64,000 nucleotides of DNA from Eledone cirrhosa (GCA_964016885.1 OZ024748.1:21204001-21268000); one strand, 5' to 3'. Positions 28,776-43,946 are shown, counted from the first letter of the stretch. The notes: a model not told the origin generated them from the sequence alone. Made by a program: numbers and translations.

Positions 28776-28994
28776 GTTGAGCTGATCGAGAAGTCTTCTG
28801 ATATTGTGTTAGAATACATGAGCCATGTCGTCGACTGTTTCTTTGCTCTGATATTGTTTAACTATGACTCAATTATCGAAAGCTGTTCATTTTTTATGAC
28901 TGCAGGATGTGATTTGAGGGACATTTAGATGTAATTTCTGTCATGTCAAGCAATCACATAGATGTTCCTTTGTTCCAAATATATTTGATTGCTT

Positions 28995-29290
28995 TTATTG
29001 TTGTCATTAGAGTTGTTGTTGATATTGTCGTCGTTGTTGTTGTTGTTGTCGTTATTATTGTTGTTGTCGTTATTGTTGCTGTCATTGTTACTGTTATTGT
29101 TGTTGTTGTTGTTGCTGATATTGTTGTTGTTGTTGTTGTTATTGTTGCTGTTGTTCTTGTTGTTGATATTGCTGTTATTGTTGTTGTTGTTGTTGTTGTT
29201 GTCGCTGTTGTTGTTGCTGTTATTGTTGGTGTTATTGTTGCTGTTTTTTGCTGCTGATGTTGTTGTTGTTGCTGCTGTTGTTACTGTTGC

Positions 29291-29341
<51 letters not shown>

Positions 29342-29860
29342 GATTGCTGTTATTGTTGCTGTTATTGTTACTGTTGTTGTTACTGTTGTTGTTGCTGTTA
29401 TTGTTGCTGTTGTTGTTGCAGTTATTGTTACTGAGGTTGTTGCTGATGTTGTTGTATTGTTGTTGCTGTTATTGTTGCTGTCATTGTTACTGTTGTTGTT
29501 ACTGTTGTTGTTGTTGTTGTTATTGTTGCTGTTATTGTTACTGTGGTTGTTACTGTTGTTGTTGCTGTTATTGTTGCTGTTATTGTTGCTGTTATTGTTA
29601 CTGTTGTTGTTACTGTTGTTGTTGCTGTTATTGTTGCTGTTATTTTTACTGTGGTTGTTACTGTTATTGTTGCTGTTATTGTTGCTGTTATTGTTGCTGT
29701 TATTGTTACTGTGGTTGTTGCTGATGTTGTTGCTATTGTTGTTGCTGTTATTATTGCAGTTGTTGTTGCTGTTATTGTTGTTGTTGTTATTGCTGTTATT
29801 ATTGCTATTGTTGTCACTGATATTGTTGTTGTTATTGTTGCTGTTGCTGTAGTTGTTATT
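28995..29860. repeat. Degenerate (GTT)n array
   Basis: GTT/GCT/ATT triplets. Confidence 0.85.
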
Positions 29861-30562
29861 GATATGATCAATGGACATTCCAGCCTTCGTTTAAACTAAC
29901 CAACACTATCTTCATTATCAAATCGATAGAGTTGCAATTTGAGGGAGATTTTGGCTGCTATTTTCAGAAGATCAAGCGACCATATAAACACTCTTTAGTT
30001 GGTCCGGAAAAAATAACGAAAAAGAAACTTTTTTTTCCTTAATGGTCATAGAATTATTTATATGTTTTTAAACGGAAAATTAAAATAGTTTTAAAATAGA
30101 TTTCGTAATTCTATTTAATTCTATAATTTCGTTAAAACAAAACGATAATTCTCGATCAGCGTTATTGATTCTTAATTCCATTCACAACTTTAGTTTATTG
30201 AATTAACGAAATTAAGATCGTTTAGGGGTTCTCAAATCGAACAAAATGATACTTTTAAAAAAATTAAGTTCTTATTATTTCCGCTAATTTGATTATAAGA
30301 AACACATTCTTTCTTATTTCGTTGTTTAGTTTCTTTGTAGCTACTCTGTCTAAACGAATGGTGTCACCTTTATTATTTAGTTCAACGTACGTTATCAATT
30401 AAATACATAATATATTATATTATTATGTAGTTATGTAGTTATGTCTATGTGCGTATGTGTGTGTATAATTACAGATATATGTATATATGCATATATAAAT
30501 ACATATATATATATAAATATATACATTTATACACATACACACACATATACACACACACACAC

Positions 30563-30632
<70 letters not shown>

Positions 30633-30940
30633 GTAAAGATTTCATCATGATTAATTACTTTTGTAAAAAGATAATGCTTTAGAAATTGCAGACACACTAA
30701 TATAAATTGTTCTAAATTTAATAGAAACTACCATTATAGAAAGGTTTTTTTTTATATATCAATCAGTTTTTTCTGGTGTGTTGTCGTGTTGTAATCGATC
30801 GTTATATTGTCGTCGGCACCGATCGTTTACATTAAACAGGTAGAAAGTTACAGTTCACTGTATTGGTCTCCATGGTTAACTACAGGTCTGTGTTCACAGT
30901 AGAGCTCCAATCCCTACCAACAAGCCAGCAAAGCCGGTAT

Positions 30941-33628
30941 TTGGTTATATATATCCCCTCAGGCTAACTCTACAATGTGTACCTCTTTCTGGTTATATAT
31001 ATCCCCACAGGCTAACTCTACAATGTGTACCCCTTTCTGGTTATATATATCCCCACAGGCTAACTCTACAATGTGTACCCCTTTCTGGTTATATATATCC
31101 CCACAGGCTAACTCTACAATGTGTACCTCTTTCTGGTTATATATATCCCCACAGGCTAACTCTACAATGTGTACCCCTTTCTGGTTATATATATCCCCAC
31201 AGGCTAACTCTACAATGTGTACCCCTTTCTGGTTATATATATCCCCACAGGCTAACTCTACAATGTGTACCTCTTTCTGGTTATATATATCCCCTCAGGC
31301 TAACTCTACAATGTGTACCCCTTTCTGGTTATATATATCCCCACAGGCTAACTCTACAATGTGTACCTCTTTCTGGTTATATATATCCCCACAGGCTAAC
31401 TCTACAATGTGTATCCCTTTCTGGTTATATATATCCCCACAGGCTAACTCTACAATGTGTACCCCTTTCTGGTTATATATATCCCCACAGGCTAACTCTA
31501 CAATGTGTACCCCTTTCTGGTTATATATATCCCCACAGGCTAACTCTACAATGTGTACCTCTTTCTGGTTATATATATCCCCACAGGCTAACTCTACAAT
31601 GTGTACCCCTTTCTGGTTATATATATCCCCACAGGCTAACTCTACAATGTGTACCCCTTTCTGGTTATATATATCCCCACAGGCTAACTCTACAATGTGT
31701 ACCTCTTTCTGGTTATATATATCCCCTCAGGCTAACTCTACAATGTGTACCTCTTTCTGGTTATATATATCCCCACAGGCTAACTCTACAATGTGTACCT
31801 CTTTCTGGTTATATATATCCCCACAGGCTAACTCTACAATGTGTACCTCTTTCTGGTTATATATATCCCCACAGGCTAACTCTACAATGTGTACCCCTTT
31901 CTGGTTATATATATCCCCACAGGCTAACTCTACAATGTGTACCTCTTTCTGGTTATATATATCCCCACAGGCTAACTCTACAATGTGTACCCCTTTCTGG
32001 TTATATATATCCCCACAGGCTAACTCTACAATGTGTACCCCTTTCTGGTTATATATATCCCCACAGGCTAACTCTACAATGTGTACCTCTTTCTGGTTAT
32101 ATATATCCCCTCAGGCTAACTCTACAATGTGTACCTCTTTCTGGTTATATATATCCCCACAGGCTAACTCTACAATGTGTACCCCTTTCTGGTTATATAT
32201 ATCCCCACAGGCTAACTCTACAATGTGTACCCCTTTCTGGTTATATATATCCCCACAGGCTAACTCTACAATGTGTACCTCTTTCTGGTTATATATATCC
32301 CCACAGGCTAACTCTACAATGTGTACCCCTTTCTGGTTATATATATCCCCACAGGCTAACTCTACAATGTGTACCCCTTTCTGGTTATATATATCCCCAC
32401 AGGCTAACTCTACAATGTGTACCTCTTTCTGGTTATATATATCCCCTCAGGCTAACTCTACAATGTGTACCTCTTTCTGGTTATATATATCCCCACAGGC
32501 TAACTCTACAATGTGTACCCCTTTCTGGTTATATATATCCCCACAGGCTAACTCTACAATGTGTACCTCTTTCTGGTTATATATATCCCCACAGGCTAAC
32601 TCTACAATGTGTACCCCTTTCTGGTTATATATATCCCCACAGGCTAACTCTACAATGTGTACCCCTTTCTGGTTATATATATCCCCACAGGCTAACTCTA
32701 CAATGTGTACCTCTTTCTGGTTATATATATCCCCTCAGGCTAACTCTACAATGTGTACCTCTTTCTGGTTATATATATCCCCACAGGCTAACTCTACAAT
32801 GTGTACCTCTTTCTGGTTATATATATCCCCACAGGCTAACTCTACAATGTGTACCTCTTTCTGGTTATATATATCCCCACAGGCTAACTCTACAATGTGT
32901 ACCCCTTTCTGGTTATATATATCCCCACAGGCTAACTCTACAATGTGTACCTCTTTCTGGTTATATATATCCCCACAGGCTAACTCTACAATGTGTACCC
33001 CTTTCTGGTTATATATATCCCCACAGGCTAACTCTACAATGTGTACCCCTTTCTGGTTATATATATCTCCACAGGCTAACTCTACAATGTGTATCCCTTT
33101 CTGGTTATATATATCCCCACAGGCTAACTCTACAATGTGTATCCCTTTCTGGTTATATATATTCCCACAGGCTAACTCTACAATGTGTACCTCTTTCTGG
33201 TTATATATATCCCCACAGGCTAACTCTACAATGTGTACCCCGTTCTGGTTATATATATCCCCACAGGCTAACTCTACAATGTGTACCCCTTTCTGGTTAT
33301 ATATATCCCCTCAGGCTAACTCTACAATGTGTACCTTTTCTGGTTATATATATCCCCACAGGCTAACTCTACAGTGTGTACCCCTTTCTGGTTATATATA
33401 TTCCCACAGGCTAACTCTACAGTGTGTACCCCTTTCTGGTTATATATATCCCCACAGGTTAACTCTACAATGTGTACCCCTTTCTGGTTATATATATCCC
33501 CACAGGCTAACTCTACAATGTGTACCCCTTTCTGGTTATATATATCCCCACAGGCTAACTCTACAATGTGTACCCCTTTCTGGTTATATATATCCCCACA
33601 GGCTAACTCTACAATGTGTACCCCTTTC
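30941..33628. repeat. 48-bp satellite, ~56 highly homogeneous copies
   Basis: Unit GGTTATATATATCCCCACAGGCTAACTCTACAATGTGTACCYCTTTCT, with a 1-bp deletion near 33335. Confidence 0.97.
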
Positions 33629-33883
33629 TTTCCAAATATAATAACTTCAACTTAAATTTTGGTGTGCCGATCAACTTAGTTTTTAAGACTTCCTGCTGTG
33701 TTTTCCAAATTATTAAGCCAACATTATCCATTACACAGTCCACACACACCCACGGCAAATCATGAGACATATCTTAATGCCACACGTCCCACATAATGTC
33801 ATACGACCTTCTTCACCGCTTTTGATATTTCCACAACGCTGCTACACTTCAAAGATGTTCAGTGACTTATTAACTGATCGCAG

Positions 33884-34068
33884 GGATTGGCAGTATCGTT
33901 AGAATGCCAGACACCATGCTTTGCAGCATAGAGTTATGGTCCTTTACGTTCTGAGTTCAAATCCCGCCGAGGTTAGCGTTGCCTTTCATCCTTATGAGGT
34001 CAATAAATAAAGTACCAGTAATGCACTGGGGTAATTGCTGGTCTTGTGTCAAAAGTAGAAACAATTAT
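33884..34068 (+). mobile_element. tRNA-derived SINE
   Basis: Same family as 7990-8175 (GAGTTCAAATCCCGCCGAGG ... AAGTAGAAACAATT). Confidence 0.85.
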
Positions 34069-34204
34069 ATATTTAATGTAATTTATTTTAATTATACAAG
34101 TGTTTATATAACTGTGAATCTTTATGTTTCAGCAATGTACCTCTCTGCCCACTAGGCAGCTGTCTAGTTGACTTTAATGGTAGCACCATCTCCGCCTAAC
34201 AAGA

Positions 34205-34480
34205 TGGCTGACAGGCCACGGCGGGATTTTAACTCACAATTTAAAAATGTCGAAATAAATATAACAAACCATCCCATGCCACACTGCACTTAATATGGTG
34301 GCTGACAGGCCACGGCGGGATTTTAACTCACAATTTAAAAATGTCGAAATAAATATAACAAATCATCCCATGCCACACTGCACTTAACACGGCGGAATTT
34401 TAACTCAGAACTTTTAGAAAGCTTAAAAGAAATATAGCAAACCATCCAGTGCCACAGTCCAGTGATTTCGCCAGTCTACT
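34205..34480 (-). repeat. Tandemly duplicated SINE-head fragments (~95 bp)
   Basis: TGGCTGACAGGCCACGGCGGGATTTTAACTCAC... occurs twice, plus a third partial copy. Confidence 0.6.
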
Positions 34481-36864
34481 GACGTAGACTGGTAAATTCT
34501 CAGAAAAATCAACTCGCGACGATGTACATGACAAAACCTGATATTTGAATTACAAGTACAATCCTATTGACGAGCTTCAAAGCAGTTTCCATTTACCAGG
34601 TTTCACTCAGTATTTAGGTAGAGCCGAGTTTATAATAAAGGATACTTGCTCAAGGTGTCACGCTATCAGATCAAACCTGAAACCACATGGTTTCGCTTCG
34701 AGCTTCTTAACCATTCGGCCATACAACGTACATTTTAAAATAAAAATACACCGTAATACTTCATGTTGCATCTAACTTTAACACTTTAAGTACCTTTGTG
34801 TTGTATCACACCAATGCACACTAACGTGTAATTATATACACATGCGTTTAAACATGCACATATATATCACAACAATGTATACATACGTTTAAACTTACAT
34901 ACATATATACATACATACATACATACATACATTAACACATAAACACATGCTTTAACACCTACAAACGCCAATACATACACATATACACATCAATACATAT
35001 ACACATAATTACATATACACACCAATACATATACACATCAATACATATACACATCAATACATATACACACCAATACATATACACACCAATACATATACAC
35101 ATCAATACATATACACATCAATACATATACACATCAATACATATACACATCAATACATATACACATCAATACATATACACATCAATACATATACACACCA
35201 ATACATATACACACCAATACATACACACATACGTACATACATCAATACATAGATATTTACATACGTACAATTCATGCATACATATACCAACACATACGCA
35301 CACAGATATAGACATACATCATCAGCACACATGCAGACACATATACAACACATACACATACATACATGCATACAACACACACACATGCATCAACACACAC
35401 ATACATACAACAACACACACATACATACAATAACACATATACACATATACGTACAGACATACATACATCAACACACATACACATACATATATAAAACACA
35501 CACACACATACAACAACACACACACATCAACACACACACATACAGACAGACAACACACACATACAGACATACATACAACACACACACACATACCACAACA
35601 CACACACACATACCACAACACACACACACACATATATACAATAACACACACATACATACCTCAACACACACACATACAACACACACATACTTACAACAAC
35701 ACACACACACACATACAAAAACATACACATACATACCTCAACACACACACATACAACACACACATAGTTACAACAACACACACACACACACACACACATA
35801 CCTCAACACACACACATACAATACACATACTTACAACAACACACACATACATACAGCAACATACACATACATACCTCAACATACACACACAGGCACGCAC
35901 ATACTTACAACAACACACTCATACACACACATATGCATACAGGCACACATACACACACATACATACAACAACACACACACACATATATCAACACACACAC
36001 AAGCACACACATACTTACAACAACACACTCATACACACACACATGCATATATGCACACATACACACACATACACACATACAACACACACATACTTACAAC
36101 ATACTTACAACATCATACACACACAGGCACACACATACTTACAACACAACACTCATACACACACACAAGCATACAGGCACACGTGCACACACATACACAC
36201 ATACAACACACACATACTTACAACATCATACACACACAGGCACACACATACTTACAACAATACACTCATACACACACACAAGCATACAGGCACACGTGCA
36301 CACACATACACACATACAACACACACATACTTACAACAACACACACATACATACAACAACACACACATACTTACAACAATACACACACACACATACAACA
36401 ACACACACATACTTACAACAACACACACACACACATACATAGATTGAGTACAAGGAGATCGGAGAAATTATGGTGCTACACATCTGGTGAAAGAAAGAAA
36501 GGAGACGTTTCCAACGAAACGCTTCATCTAATTGATTTTTGTAATCTAATTAATGAATCGGTAATTAATTGCATCTAGATCTGCTGAAAAGCTGTAACGT
36601 TAGTGTAATCTGGTCATAGCCTCTCACCGGATACCCATGTCTGCCAAAGATTTGTAACACTTCCGGTAAATCTTGTTTGACAAAACCCACCAATACAAAC
36701 TCATCTCGTCTCATCTCGTCTCAAGAGGAGATTTTAACATAGAATGTGATGTGTGTGAAGAGGTGTATGGGACAGCAGCAGTGTGATTGTGCATATATTA
36801 TATATGATGTAGATATTATATATGATGTATATATTATATATGATGTATATATATATATATGATG

Positions 36865-36897
<33 letters not shown>

Positions 36898-36994
36898 TTG
36901 AGTGTGTGTGTTTTTGTGTAAGTATGTGTGTGTGTGTATGTGTGTGTGTGTGTGCGTGTGTGTGTGTGTGAGCAAGGAGCTGGGGGTAAATGAG

Positions 36995-37043
<49 letters not shown>

Positions 37044-37132
37044 ATGTGTGTCAGTGTGACTGTGTGTTTTTGTCTGTGTATATTTATATATATGTGTGTA
37101 TGTATGTATATAAATATATATATATAATATCA

Positions 37133-37218
<86 letters not shown>

Positions 37219-38294
37219 AATATTATAAGAGCATGAGTGAAAGGATGGCAGGAGGAAGGAAAGAAAAGTGCAGACCTTTTTATCTGAATGAACACAAAGC
37301 ACTGAATAATTAAGAGATCGTCTGCTTTCAATGAAATGTAACATCACACACATCAACCATATTATACCCACACACACACACATACACACACATACACACA
37401 TATATATACACATTAAACAATACAACACTATTATGGTGTTACCATTACATTACATCACATCACATCATACGAACGCTGCAGAAACCATATCCGCTGTTCA
37501 TCAAACTACTTCCGGTCTCAAGAAGTCATTTTATCATGTCCTGTCCATACGTAATTTCATGAAAATCTTTCGTTGCAATTAAAAGTAATCTCCAGCATTA
37601 GGTAGCCGAGGCCGTGAGGTCAACACCCACCCACTTATCAAACCTCGAAGCTTTTACTTCATTTGTATGATTGCAGACGATCGAATTTTCTTAAGTTAAC
37701 ACAACGTTTTCGTATAGTGTGTATGTATGTATGTATGTATGTATGTATGTATGTATGTATGTATGTATGTATGTATGTATGTATGTATGTATGTATGTAT
37801 AGTGTGTATGTATGTATGTATGTATGTATAGTGTGTATATATGTATGTATGTATAGTGGGTGTGGGGGTGAGTGTGTGGGGGTAATGTGTGCGTGGGGGG
37901 GAGTGTATGCTTACGTGTATATTAATTTGTGTCTATAGGTGTGTGTGATTGTATGAGTGTGGGAGTAGGTGTACGCGTTTGTGTTCGTTTATGTGAGTGT
38001 GTGTCTATAGGTGTGTGACTGTGTTTGAGTATAGGAGTGTACGTGTTTGTGTTAGTGTATATGTATGTGTGTGAGTGTGCGACTATAGGTGTGTGACTGT
38101 GTATGAATATGGGAGTAATTGTACGCGTTTGTGTTCTTGTATGTGTACGTGCATGCGTGCGTGCGTGCGTATGTGTGAGCGTGTGACTATATGCGAATAT
38201 ATACGTGTATGTACATGTGCGTCCGTGTGGGTATGTTTGTATATATGTGTTAGCGTCTGTTTGTGTGTGGGCATGTGTATATATATGTTTGTCT

Positions 38295-38838
38295 GTGTGT
38301 CAGTGTCTGTGTGTAAGGATGTGTATGTGTCTGTGTGTAAGGATGTGTCTGTGTCTGTGTGTAAGGATGTGTTTGTGTCTGTGTGTAAGGATGTGTCAGT
38401 GTCTGTGTGTAAGGATGTGTCTGTGTCTGGGTGTAAGGATGTGTCTGTGTCTGTGTGTAAGGATGTGTCTGTGTCTGTGTGTAAGGATGTGTCTGTGTCT
38501 GTGTGTAAGGATGTGCCTGTGTCTGTGTGTAAGGATGTGTCTGTGTCTGTGTGTAAGGATGTGTCTGTGTCTGTGTGTAAGGATGTGTCTGTGTCTGTGT
38601 GTAAGGATGTGTCAGTGTCTGTGTGTAAGGATCTGTCAGTGTCTGTGTGTAAGGATGTGTCTGTGTCTGTGTGTAAGGATGTGTCTGTGTCTGTGTCTGT
38701 GTGTAAGGATGTGCCTGTGTCTGTGTGTAAGGATGTGTCTGTGTCTGTGTGTAAGGATGTGTCTGTGTCTGTGTGTAAGGATGTGTCTGTGTCTGTGTGT
38801 AAGGATGTGTCTGTGTCTGTGTGTAAGGATGTGTCTGT
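38295..38838. repeat. 24-bp minisatellite (~22 copies)
   Basis: Unit GTGTCTGTGTGTAAGGATGTGTCT. Confidence 0.92.
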
Positions 38839-38923
38839 ATGTGTGTTGACATATTCAGATTAGCTATTGATTAAACTTTCGCGCTCTTTATAAGTTTGTC
38901 CAATATATCTAATTTTCTGTCCC

Positions 38924-38987
<64 letters not shown>

Positions 38988-39088
38988 TACATACATGTAT
39001 ATATATATATATAAACATACATATATATGTGTGTGTGTATATATACATATATATGCGTGTGTACATATATGTATACATACATTCATTC

Positions 39089-39138
<50 letters not shown>

Positions 39139-39181
39139 GAATGATTGTATGTATACATATATGTACACACGCATATATATG

Positions 39182-39266
<85 letters not shown>

Positions 39267-39361
39267 TAGTGTGTACTATACTATACTATAATGTATATAT
39301 GTACTATACTATACTATACTGTACTGTACTAGAATGTACTATATATATACATACATACACT

Positions 39362-39426
<65 letters not shown>

Positions 39427-39630
39427 ATGTATGTATATATATAGTACATTCTAGTACAGTACAGTATAGTATAGTATAGTACATATATACATTAACAGTT
39501 TAACTTAACAAAAGCTATCATTGGCGTAAACACGCTGGTCACCTTCAGGTTCGTTTAAATAATCATTTAGAAGCATCTGAAGGACTTAGACGCTTGATAT
39601 TGCATAAATAGACGAGTGTATGTTTGTGTG

Positions 39631-39673
<43 letters not shown>

Positions 39674-39692
39674 TCGTGTGTGTGTGCGTGTT

Positions 39693-39724
<32 letters not shown>

Positions 39725-39752
39725 CACACACACACACAAACACAGACACACA

Positions 39753-39799
<47 letters not shown>

Positions 39800-39998
39800 G
39801 TGCTTGCCGCCGGGGTGCAAATTGTAAATATTAATGCTTGCACTTATCTAACCTCTCATAATAATGTTCTTGTAACAAAGTTTTCATCTTATATTTGTTG
39901 TGTTTACCGTTTGTAATAACTCCGAAGATTCCGGCCTTGTTAAACACTCTTTGATTATTATTTACATTTTGCATATATATATATATATATATATATAT

Positions 39999-40423
39999 AA
40001 GTATGTACGCGTACATACATATGTGTATACAGACGTACAGTAGTATATATATATACATACATGCACACATACATATATGTACGTATGGATTCACTGAACA
40101 TTTATTATAATGCTCGGTGTGTTTGTAAACAAACATCCCGTATTAAGCCGTAGTGTCTAGCAACCATCGTTGCTCAGTGTTGAACAAACGAGCAACGATG
40201 GTTGCTAGACACTACGGCTTAATACGGGATGTTTGTTTACAAACACACCGAGCGTTATAATAAATGTTCGGTGAATCCATACGTACATATATGTATGTGT
40301 GCATGTATGTATATATACATACTACTGTACGTCTGTATACACATATGTATGTACGTGTACATACTTATATTTAAGTAACAGCCGTACTAAGAGTGGGAAA
40401 TGAAATTTCGTTTCATTTTTTCC

Positions 40424-40426
<3 letters not shown>
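39999..40426 (+). mobile_element. Palindromic (TA)n-embedded element with no recognisable HHR core
   Basis: Arms at ~39999-40175 and ~40190-40368, 14-nt spacer, tail to 40426, (TA)n flanks. Confidence 0.7.
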
Positions 40427-40464
<38 letters not shown>

Positions 40465-40477
40465 TAGATAGATATCT

Positions 40478-40539
<62 letters not shown>

Positions 40540-40545
40540 TATGTG

Positions 40546-40601
<56 letters not shown>

Positions 40602-40758
40602 TCCTGGGTTCAATCGGGGGTAACCACAACCACAGTAAGTAAGGTACTCAATACGTAGTAGAGTATATACAGGATTTAATATAGATATGGCTTCTACTTC
40701 TTTCGAAAGAAATAGTTCTAGTCCTGTAGAAACTATTTCTATATTAAATTGTATATAT

Positions 40759-40887
<129 letters not shown>

Positions 40888-41983
40888 GTATATATGCCCT
40901 TATTTCCGAGTATGGCCGTTGGGTAAAGTGAGCATGTCTTGTGGCTTGAGACAGCCTGGGTCGTTGGTTGTTAATTATTTTTTTTTTTATCAATTTACTT
41001 CTATTTGTACAATTTAAATTGAATTCTAATTTTAACTTCTTTCGTTGAATGGTGAACCTAACTGTGTATTGGACATTATACTGCGGATTTTAGTATTACT
41101 TTGGTCAAATTCCTTTATTTACTACTAGTTTTGAATTTAATGATTAAATTATCTTTTATTTATTAGGTTTATGGACTGATTCTTTCAGATTTTGGTTTCT
41201 TTTTAGTTTGGTTTTTTTATTTTCTTGATAGATATTTGGCTATGGTAATAATGAGTGACAACCAACTAAAAATCAACAGGTGCGTGTGTTTTAATTGGCT
41301 GCATGACACACCCAAATTATAACAAGAAGACGGTCTGATCGAACATATATATGAAGTCTGATAGTATTCAGTTATATAACTGCTTTAAATCAGTCAATAT
41401 CTGAATATGATCAACCCTCCGAAACGATTGTAAAACAATGATATGAATAGGTAAAATGACTTTATTGTTATTGTTTTCATTGTTTAAACGTAAGATGACG
41501 TATGTATGTAAAATAAACACATCAAATAGTTACAAGTGATAATTTGTGAAACATACATAGTTACGGATGTAACATATCAAGAATTAACAAGAATCTAGAA
41601 TATAGATACCTTGCAATAAAGATCTCCTTTGAATATATTCCATTGAAGAAATATATTTCACCATTAATCAGTGAATCATAAATATCAGATCTTGGATTAT
41701 CGGCAAAGGAGAAGAGTTAACGATTTATGATCACACAGCAATAACAAATCATTGAGTAACGGCGTAAAGGCATATGTATTTTTAAAAATACATATCGCCA
41801 CGCCGTCAAGCGTGTAACTATTTGTAACTATTTGATATGTTTATTTTACATACATAACTCATCTTACTTTTAATTTAATATAAATGCTCGGATTCACTAC
41901 CTGGAATTTTAGAGCCTATTTCCACAGGTGATATGGCGCATGATTCTGATATTCTCAGATATGACATCCTTAATTTAATCTAA

Positions 41984-42183
41984 NNNNNNNNNNNNNNNNN
42001 NNNNNNNNNNNNNNNNNNNNNNNNNNNNNNNNNNNNNNNNNNNNNNNNNNNNNNNNNNNNNNNNNNNNNNNNNNNNNNNNNNNNNNNNNNNNNNNNNNNN
42101 NNNNNNNNNNNNNNNNNNNNNNNNNNNNNNNNNNNNNNNNNNNNNNNNNNNNNNNNNNNNNNNNNNNNNNNNNNNNNNNNNNN
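41984..42183. other. Assembly gap (200 N)
   Basis: Run of N. CTTAATTTAATCTAA is repeated on both sides, suggesting contig overlap. Confidence 0.98.
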
Positions 42184-42214
42184 CTTAATTTAATCTAATT
42201 TTATATATATATAT

Positions 42215-42215
<1 letters not shown>

Positions 42216-42246
<31 letters not shown>

Positions 42247-42873
42247 CATCATCTTCATCATCATCATCATTTTACGTTCGCTTTTCCCTGCTTCCAAGGA
42301 GGGGACGGATCCTATTCAGCACAGCATCTCTCCACTTGTCACGGTCCTTCGTCATCTCCTCCGTGAGCTTCAGCGATCTGAGGTCCGCTCTCACCATCTC
42401 CGTCCATGTTTTTCGAGGTCTTCCTCTACTGCGTCTTCCTTCTACTGGCATTTCTTGGCACTTCTTTACCCAGCGGTCATCCTCCATACGCATCACATCT
42501 CCACACCATCACAGTCTTCTCTCCCGCACACTACAACTTATCCCTCTTATACACAGTTTCTCTCCCAACTCATCCATGCTTGGTCGTTCAGGTACATTGA
42601 CATTACACATCCAACGGAGCATGCTTGCTTCATTTCTCTCCAGCCGTCGCATATCCTCTGCAATTGCTGCCCATGTCTCACTACCATGCAGCATCGAGCA
42701 TCTCACACAGGCATCATATAACCAGCCTTTCGTACGCAGGGAGAAACCCTTCTTTGACAGCAGAGGAAGCAGTTCCCTAAACTTCTTCCAGCCCGTCCTT
42801 ATTCTAGATACTATGTCCTCGGAACACCCCCCCCCCCCTCCCACGCTAATCTGATCACCTAGGTACCGGAAGC
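42216..42873 (-). mobile_element. 5'-truncated RTE-clade LINE (RT C-terminus), (ATG)n tail
   Basis: FRYLG...SRIRTGWKKFREL...MLHGSETW...MLRWMC...RGRPRKTW motifs, with an in-frame stop. Confidence 0.9.
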
Positions 42874-42983
42874 TATATATATATGTATATATAAGCCTAG
42901 TGGGCATGAATGAATTTAAAACATCTGAAAAAACAACCAAATATTATTCTGTCAAATTTATCCCGAACACCCTGTATATATAT

Positions 42984-43308
42984 AAATTTTGAGTATGTGT
43001 TGGGTTGTTTACCGACCCCTCAGTATACAGGTTGGAGCACTCGACGAAGTACGCAGCCTGGTTTGTTTACTCCGGAGTAATGTAAAATAAGTAAGTCAAA
43101 CCTGCTAAATTTGGCTTCGTTTATTATAAATTCTCTGCTATATATATTTCAGTGACAGCTATTATTGGCTGTGACCTCATCAGGCAGTACGAATTAATGT
43201 AGAAAAAACAGGTAAACATGTTGTTGAAATGTGTTCAACTCTGTCAATTCATCGATATGTCCAGCTCCTGGGTGTGTTGTTAGTCCTCCGAGGAACTGGA
43301 ACCATATC
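42984..43308 (-). mobile_element. Family G single-arm copy with HHR at 43135-43187
   Basis: CTGC-CTGATGA-ggtc-ACAGCCA-ataa-TAGCTGT-cact-GAA-ATATATAT-A-GCAG. Changes versus the 13.8-kb copy fall at N7, the loop and one stem II position. Confidence 0.78.
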
Positions 43309-43357
43309 ATATATTTTATATATATATATACATATATATATATATGTGTGTGTGTGT

Positions 43358-43716
<359 letters not shown>

Positions 43717-43902
43717 CGATCGTTTGGAAAGAGAGATGTATTTTAATTATGTCTCATATAAAATAATACAACTGGCTATCCGCAAAATACGTATAGTTAG
43801 CACCCCAAACGTATAATTGGGATTATACTAAGGTATATCCTAATGTTTGTTGAGTGAGACGGAAGCCGGTCGGAGTATTGCTTAAAGCTTTCTCTGTTAA
43901 TG

Positions 43903-43946
<44 letters not shown>

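Larger units (their letters stand above)
27460..28963. repeat. ~190-bp inverted duplication (27460-27652 / 28771-28963) around a (TA)n insert cluster
   Basis: Near-identical reverse-complement arms. The same peptide tail appears in ORFs 27496..27846(-) and 28722..28928(+). Confidence 0.88.

Noticed and set aside
30975-33641. 888-aa ORF of MCT(P/S)FWLYISPQANST repeats
   Set aside because: It lies wholly within a 48-bp satellite and has no unique N- or C-terminal domain. The open frame is expected from the unit length.
38075-38863. Cys-rich repeat ORF (VSVCKD)
   Set aside because: It is a 24-bp TG-derived minisatellite.
41969-42198. 15-bp direct repeat flanking the N run as a TSD
   Set aside because: It is most simply a contig overlap at the scaffold join.
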